Assembly: GCA_963716175.1 (NCBI GenBank)
Contig: OY970296.1
Span: 2,976,001-3,040,000, forward strand
Direction: 5' to 3'
Source of the DNA: an uncultured Armatimonadetes bacterium
GTDB taxonomy: Bacteria; Armatimonadota; Hebobacteria; Hebobacterales; Hebobacteraceae
DNA: 64,000 nucleotides
A program made the translations under genes and the position numbers. Below, piece after piece: positions 59,283 to 64,000 of this stretch. Each line of letters starts with the position of its first letter. Positions within the stretch are counted from its first letter, which is position 1. The notes below the pieces were generated by a model, which saw only the letters and a list, made by a program, of their open reading frames with translations, searched no databases and was not told where the DNA came from.

Positions 59283-59311
59283 TTGACAGGTCATGTCGAT
59301 ATGACTATCAT
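59283..59311 (+). promoter_or_regulatory. TA operon promoter with a palindromic operator in the spacer
   Basis: TTGACA-N17-TATCAT; spacer holds the near-palindrome GTCATGTCGATATGAC (59290-59305). Confidence 0.8.
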
Positions 59312-59340
59312 GGTCTCGTAGGGGAAAGGCAAGGAGCGCC

Positions 59341-59631
59341 ATGAGAACCGCAGCCATCTCCCGTCTGAAGGCCAAGCTTAGCGAGCACATCGCGTGGGTC
59401 AAGCGCGGGGAGGAGGTCCTGGTGACCGAACGCGGGAAGCCGGTCGCGCGCATCGTGCCGGTGGCCCCGGGGACAGCGGGTGACGACCGAATGCCGGGGC
59501 TGATCGCTCGAGGCATCGTGCGATTGGGGAAGAAGCAGCTCCGCAAGGCGCTCTCGGATTTGCCCGTCTGCAGGGTGCCGAAAGGAGCAGTGCTGCGCGC
59601 TCTGGACGACGAAAGGCAGGACCGAGCATGA
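59341..59631 (+). CDS. vapB: Phd/YefM-family antitoxin
   Basis: ISRLKAKLSEHIAWVKRGEEVLVTERGKPVARIVP; AAGGAG RBS. Confidence 0.92.
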   Translation: MRTAAISRLKAKLSEHIAWVKRGEEVLVTERGKPVARIVPVAPGTAGDDRMPGLIARGIVRLGKKQLRKALSDLPVCRVPKGAVLRALDDERQDRA

Positions 59632-60059
59632 GGTGGTGGGATACCTCAGCCCTGTTGTCTCTGTTGCTGCAACAGGAGACGACTGACGAGCTCAAGGCGC
59701 TGCTCGCGTCAGACGACACTCTCGTAGTGTGGTGGGGCACAAAGGTGGAGGCAGTCTCTGCCGTGTCCCGGCTGCAGCGCGATGGCTATACTGAGTCCCG
59801 CGTCAGCGCTCGCCTGTTCAAGCACCTAGATGGCCTGCTGTCAGCGGCCTACGAAGTGCAGCCGCTGGAAGAGGTCCGCGCCACGGCCTGCCGAGCGCTT
59901 CGCGTCCATGAACTGCGCGCCGCGGACGCGCTGCAGTTAGCAGCAGCCCTCGTTTGGGCAGAGCACCATCCCACAGGATTAGGCTTCGTGTGCCTGGACC
60001 GCAGGCTTCGCGAGGCAGCCACGCGCGAGGGATTTGAGGTACTGCCCGAATCGTCGTGA
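59628..60059 (+). CDS. vapC: PIN-domain VapC toxin
   Basis: WWDTSAL, LRAADALQLAAA, FVCLDRRLREAA..EGF; ATGA overlap with the antitoxin. Confidence 0.92.
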   Translation: MRWWDTSALLSLLLQQETTDELKALLASDDTLVVWWGTKVEAVSAVSRLQRDGYTESRVSARLFKHLDGLLSAAYEVQPLEEVRATACRALRVHELRAADALQLAAALVWAEHHPTGLGFVCLDRRLREAATREGFEVLPESS

Positions 60060-60124
60060 GCGCACTGCCGCGGGTGGAAGTGAACGCCAACGTAGACAGC
60101 CGGTCTCTCGTCGCTTAGTCGCTG

Positions 60125-60223
60125 AATCGGTAGGCCGAGTTTCGTCGCGAGCGCCCTGCCCTGTGGAGCTCGGACTCTCCTCGGCTGCCACAAGCGGCGA
60201 CTGCGGACGCTTGGCCCACTCCA
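60125..60223 (-). repeat. internally deleted rnpB-derived copy 2 (mini-rnpB)
   Basis: TGGAGTGGGCCAAGCGTCC..GAGGAGAGTCCGAGCTCCACAGGGCAGGGCGCTCGCGACGAAACTCGGCCTACCGATT. Confidence 0.9.
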
Positions 60224-60509
60224 TTGGGATTGCAGCACATTCCGAGCGCGCGGTCCTCCGCTAACCCGCTGCCAATGGGCCCGTCGCACTCCAGGCGGTG
60301 CCGAAGCACCTACCGGCGATTATGGAACTCAAGTGCATCTGGGGAGACTGGGAGGTTCTCCACTGCCGGGCTCGGCGCCGTCTGACACCCGGAATGTGCT
60401 CCTGTGTGACAGTGGGGGCAGGCACTTGGCCGACGGCAGCGAATCTGCGCGGCAGCGCAATGAAGCTGGGTTTCGTGCGGTTGCGGGTCTCCGGCTGGGA
60501 GGGCCTCCG

Positions 60510-63500
60510 GTGAGCCTGCGCAGGATCGGCGACTACACGATCACCCGAGAGCTGGGACGCGGGGGCATGGGGACGGTCTACCAAGCGCTCTCAGCAGAGG
60601 GCGCAACGGTGGCCGTCAAGACGGTGGTCTGGCCCGACACCGTAGACCCGCGAGCCCGATGGAATGCGATAGAACGCTTTCAGCGCGAGGCGCGTGCGGC
60701 CCGCTCGCTCAGCCATCCCAACATCTGCCAGGTGCTCGACTTCGGCGCGGACGAGAACAGCCTTTTCCTCGTGATGGAGTTCCTGGATGGGGACACTGTC
60801 CGCCAGCTGATTGACTTGGCGGGGAAGATCGAGCTGGGGCGCGCGGTTCAGATCATGCACGCCGTAGGCGAGGCACTTGCGCATGCGCACGGCAAGGGGA
60901 TCATCCACCGGGATATCAAGCCAGGGAACATCATCGTCCTGCGCAACGGCCAGGTGAAGCTGACCGACTTCGGCCTGGCCTTCGTCGTCCACGAGACGCG
61001 CGTCACCGGAACGGGCGAAACCATGGGCACGCTGTTCTACCTGCCTCCTGAGCAAGTGCGGGGAGACAGAGTTGATGCGCGCTCGGACATATTCTCACTG
61101 GGTGCCACCTTCTACGAGATGGCGACCGGCGCCCCTCCCTTCCAGGCCGGGAGCCCCGCCGCGGTGATGCACCAGATCCTGACCAGGGATCCGCCGCCGG
61201 CGAAGGAGCTGCCCGAGAGTGCTTGCCGTATCCTCGAGAAGTGTCTCCGGAAGGATCCGCGGGAGCGATTCCAGAGTGCACGGGAGATGGTCGAGTCCTT
61301 GCGCGTGTTGGAGGGAGACGCCGCCCTCGTCGCCACGGCGGTGTTGCCCAAGGTAGAGTCGAAGGCGGCGGGCCGCCGCTGGCGAGGTCCGCTGCAACTG
61401 CTCCGGGCACTGAGAGGGTGGCGTGCCGTAGCGGCGGCCGCAGCCGTGCTGGCCGTTGGCGCCATAGCGCTGTTTAGAGCTGAGACCAGATCCCGCGGTC
61501 GGCCAATGACTGCCGCGGTCTCAGCTACAGAGCCCGGAGTGGTTGCCAGATTCCCTCCCAGCCTGAGGCCGCTCCGGCGAGGGCTGGTCGCCACCTATCT
61601 ATACGGTGGCGCGGGCCGCGTAGGGGGCATTGCGGTGCGAGCAGATGGCACTGTCCTCGTGACGGTTGGATCCGGCGACTCAGTTCCCCCTGGAGTATAC
61701 GTGGCTCGGGAGGGCGATGGCTGCGACCCAGGCGACGCCTACACAGAGCCGGGGAAGCCCTTTGTCGAGCCGATGGGTATTGCGGTTGGTCCGGATGGCC
61801 GGGTCCTGGTGGCCGACAGGGGGGCCTCGACCGTGTGGATGATCGCCGCGCCCGGCGCTCGTGCACAGGTGCTGACTCAGAGCATCCCCAGCCCTTGTGA
61901 TGTGTTGATTGCGCCTCCTGGTTTCCACGGTCCCAACGTGGACCCGGGAGACCTGCTGGTCTGCGCCAGCCGTTCTGCCCAGCCAGAGCGGTTCGGGCTG
62001 TACGTCGTGGACCGGAAGACCTCGGGCGTTCACCCTCTCGCCGGGCCTCCCGAACTCCAGGACGGGCTGCTTTACGCGGCGTTCGGGCCTGACGGCACCC
62101 TCTACGCCGTCGAAGACGACAGCAGCCAGGACGGCTACACCATCGTGACCATATCTCCCGAGGGCCGCTGCACCCGGATCGTTGGCAACCTGTGGCAGGA
62201 CTTCACCCCCTTCCCGCACACCGGACCCATCGCCGTACAGCCGGTGACGGGTCAGGTGTTCTTTGCCTACCACTCGACCATCTACCGCCTCGCGGCTGAC
62301 CGCGGGACGCCTGAAAAGTACGCCGTCGGGGGCCTGGAGATCACAGCTCTCGAGTTCAGCCCCGATGGCTCTGCTCTTCTTGCCAGCGATGCAAATGCCC
62401 GTGTCGTGGCGAAGATCGGGCCCTATCCGGTTGAAGGCAAACTGCTCGTGGCCGGCTGGTCTCAGACCACCCCCAAGAGAGAGGAGCCGGGGAGCGAGGA
62501 GTTCTGTTACGTGCTGGAGGGGCGGTCGGACAAGAAGGTCGTGGTCCCTGTTCGGCCGGGAGGCGATCTGTCACCTCTAGGCGCCGAGGTGGTCTATGAG
62601 TCCGAGAACGACTACCCCGGTGACAAGCCCTGGCGAAAGCGCTGCCACATCCTGAGGACCGATCTCGGCGGCCACAAGAAGGCCAATCTGACTGAGTCCA
62701 TAGGCGTGCGGGCGATCAACTGCTGTCCGCTGTGGTCACCGGACGGGTACAAGATCTCCTTCCTTCACTGTGATCCGGTCGAGGGTGTCAAGCCTTGTGA
62801 GACAGGCCTGGAAATATGGGTGATGAACGCTGATGGCACGGCACCACGGCGAGTGGCCCGGCCTGATGCCACAGCAGGGTTGGGGTCGCAGTCATTCCCG
62901 GAACGCTGGTGGTCGGTCAACGGGGACCGTGTCATCTACCGGTACGGCCACCAGGGTCAGGTCGTGAGCGTTGACCTGGACGGGACGGGCCGACAGATGC
63001 TGCCGATCTTCTCCGGCAACTTCTCGCCGGATGGATCGAGGATCGTGGACGAACGAACCAAGCCAGACGTCGTGAATGGAGAGCCGGGAGTATGGCGCCA
63101 GCTCTCCCTCACCGATGCCGATGGTGCCCACCCGCGGGTTCTACTTCAGCACTTCGTGAGCGACTCCGATGTGGCGAAGAACCTGCACGTGGCCAACGTT
63201 GACCTGCAGAACCCACGGTGGGCCAATGACGTCCGGGAGTGGGTCGGCCCGAAACGGGTCAAGTGGTCGCCCGATGGCAAACGCGTGGCCTTCCTGGCGG
63301 CGCTGCCCTTCGAGCCAGCCGGCAATACCTACTACTTCCAGGTCGAAGCCTGGATCTACGATCTCGCGACCGGCATCCTCGTCAGGCTCACAGACAACAC
63401 GGACGCAGAGAACAGCCTCAGCTGGCGTGGTCCCAACACCCATCCTGACCGCCCGCGAGTGACCGTTGGCAATACCACTGTGGCCTTCGCCGAAGTCACG

Positions 63501-63809
63501 AAGGCGGGCCTGACGACTGTGACCCAGGATGGCCATCCGCCGGCAGAGCCCGGCGGGTACCGCTTCTGCGGCGACTACTACCACATGAAGACCACCGCGC
63601 GATACCGCGGACCGGTCAAGATAGCTATGGCATATGCGGACAAGGACGTACCAGGTGGCGATGAGCGTGCCCTCGCCATCCTCCGCTACTCTGAGGGAAG
63701 CGGGAAGTGGGAGGACATCACTACCTCACGCGATACCAAGGCCAACGTCGTCACCGGGCAGGTTGACTCGATCGAGACTGGTCCCCCTCCTCGCGGGGGC
63801 CCACCGTGA
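60510..63809 (+). CDS. Hanks-type Ser/Thr protein kinase with TM helix and extracellular NHL/TolB-like beta-propellers
   Basis: LGRGGMGTVY, VAVK, HRDIKPGN, DFG, YLPPEQ; TM AVAAAAAVLAVGAIAL; WSPDG repeats; GGGAGG RBS before GTG. Confidence 0.93.
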   Translation: MSLRRIGDYTITRELGRGGMGTVYQALSAEGATVAVKTVVWPDTVDPRARWNAIERFQREARAARSLSHPNICQVLDFGADENSLFLVMEFLDGDTVRQLIDLAGKIELGRAVQIMHAVGEALAHAHGKGIIHRDIKPGNIIVLRNGQVKLTDFGLAFVVHETRVTGTGETMGTLFYLPPEQVRGDRVDARSDIFSLGATFYEMATGAPPFQAGSPAAVMHQILTRDPPPAKELPESACRILEKCLRKDPRERFQSAREMVESLRVLEGDAALVATAVLPKVESKAAGRRWRGPLQLLRALRGWRAVAAAAAVLAVGAIALFRAETRSRGRPMTAAVSATEPGVVARFPPSLRPLRRGLVATYLYGGAGRVGGIAVRADGTVLVTVGSGDSVPPGVYVAREGDGCDPGDAYTEPGKPFVEPMGIAVGPDGRVLVADRGASTVWMIAAPGARAQVLTQSIPSPCDVLIAPPGFHGPNVDPGDLLVCASRSAQPERFGLYVVDRKTSGVHPLAGPPELQDGLLYAAFGPDGTLYAVEDDSSQDGYTIVTISPEGRCTRIVGNLWQDFTPFPHTGPIAVQPVTGQVFFAYHSTIYRLAADRGTPEKYAVGGLEITALEFSPDGSALLASDANARVVAKIGPYPVEGKLLVAGWSQTTPKREEPGSEEFCYVLEGRSDKKVVVPVRPGGDLSPLGAEVVYESENDYPGDKPWRKRCHILRTDLGGHKKANLTESIGVRAINCCPLWSPDGYKISFLHCDPVEGVKPCETGLEIWVMNADGTAPRRVARPDATAGLGSQSFPERWWSVNGDRVIYRYGHQGQVVSVDLDGTGRQMLPIFSGNFSPDGSRIVDERTKPDVVNGEPGVWRQLSLTDADGAHPRVLLQHFVSDSDVAKNLHVANVDLQNPRWANDVREWVGPKRVKWSPDGKRVAFLAALPFEPAGNTYYFQVEAWIYDLATGILVRLTDNTDAENSLSWRGPNTHPDRPRVTVGNTTVAFAEVTKAGLTTVTQDGHPPAEPGGYRFCGDYYHMKTTARYRGPVKIAMAYADKDVPGGDERALAILRYSEGSGKWEDITTSRDTKANVVTGQVDSIETGPPPRGGPP

Positions 63810-64000
63810 GGCTCGCCGCAAACGGCAAGGTAGGTCGCGTTCAGGGGTTCGGCGGCCTATGCCGCCAGTTGGCCCCGGCAAAAGGCGCGCTACCCCATCA
63901 TTAGGCGAGGATCTCCCTCAACCGCCGCGCTGTACAATGAGCCCAGGGCCCGTGAGGCGGACAGCCCTGGAGAAGCACCGTCGCCAGCCCGTGGTAGACC

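Noticed and set aside
58217-60223. rnpB-like repeats as a CRISPR array
   Set aside because: The repeats are ~100 nt, spaced by 0.5-1 kb, clearly rnpB-derived, and there are no cas genes.
63840-64000. hairpin, TACAAT box and possible structured RNA at the window end
   Set aside because: Truncated by the window edge, and no known RNA family is recognisable.

Overview
GC-rich bacterial window. SLH-anchored FG-GAP/ASPIC proteins and a type A RNase P RNA suggest an Armatimonadota-like or other SLH-bearing host (inference only). (1) 1-34 kb: a large glycosylation region (many GT4/GT2/GT17 enzymes, methyltransferases, sulfatase, HprK-like kinase-GT4 fusion, nucleotidyltransferase, frameshifted radical SAM/SPASM). 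It is interrupted by a two-gene split Rhs/YD locus with a candidate immunity lipoprotein and an orphan rhs fragment. (2) 33-35.3 kb: IS remnants (ISAs1, IS110, rve integrase). (3) 35.5-48.7 kb: a probable defence island. It holds a translationally coupled operon of a dCTP-deaminase-like protein with substituted catalytic residues and two TM helices, a B12-binding radical SAM enzyme and an HD-phosphohydrolase/N6-adenine DNA methyltransferase fusion, followed by a type IIG R-M enzyme, a PIN-TM protein and an HExxH protein. (4) 49-56 kb: two paralogous SLH surface proteins. (5) 56-60.2 kb: tandem tyrosine recombinases, rnpB, and two internally deleted mini-rnpB copies flanking a VapBC-type toxin-antitoxin module. 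(6) A membrane Ser/Thr kinase. The strongest candidates for new biology are the dcd-TM / rSAM / HD-MTase operon and the rnpB-derived repeats next to the recombinase pair. All calls come from reading motifs by eye; no searches were run.
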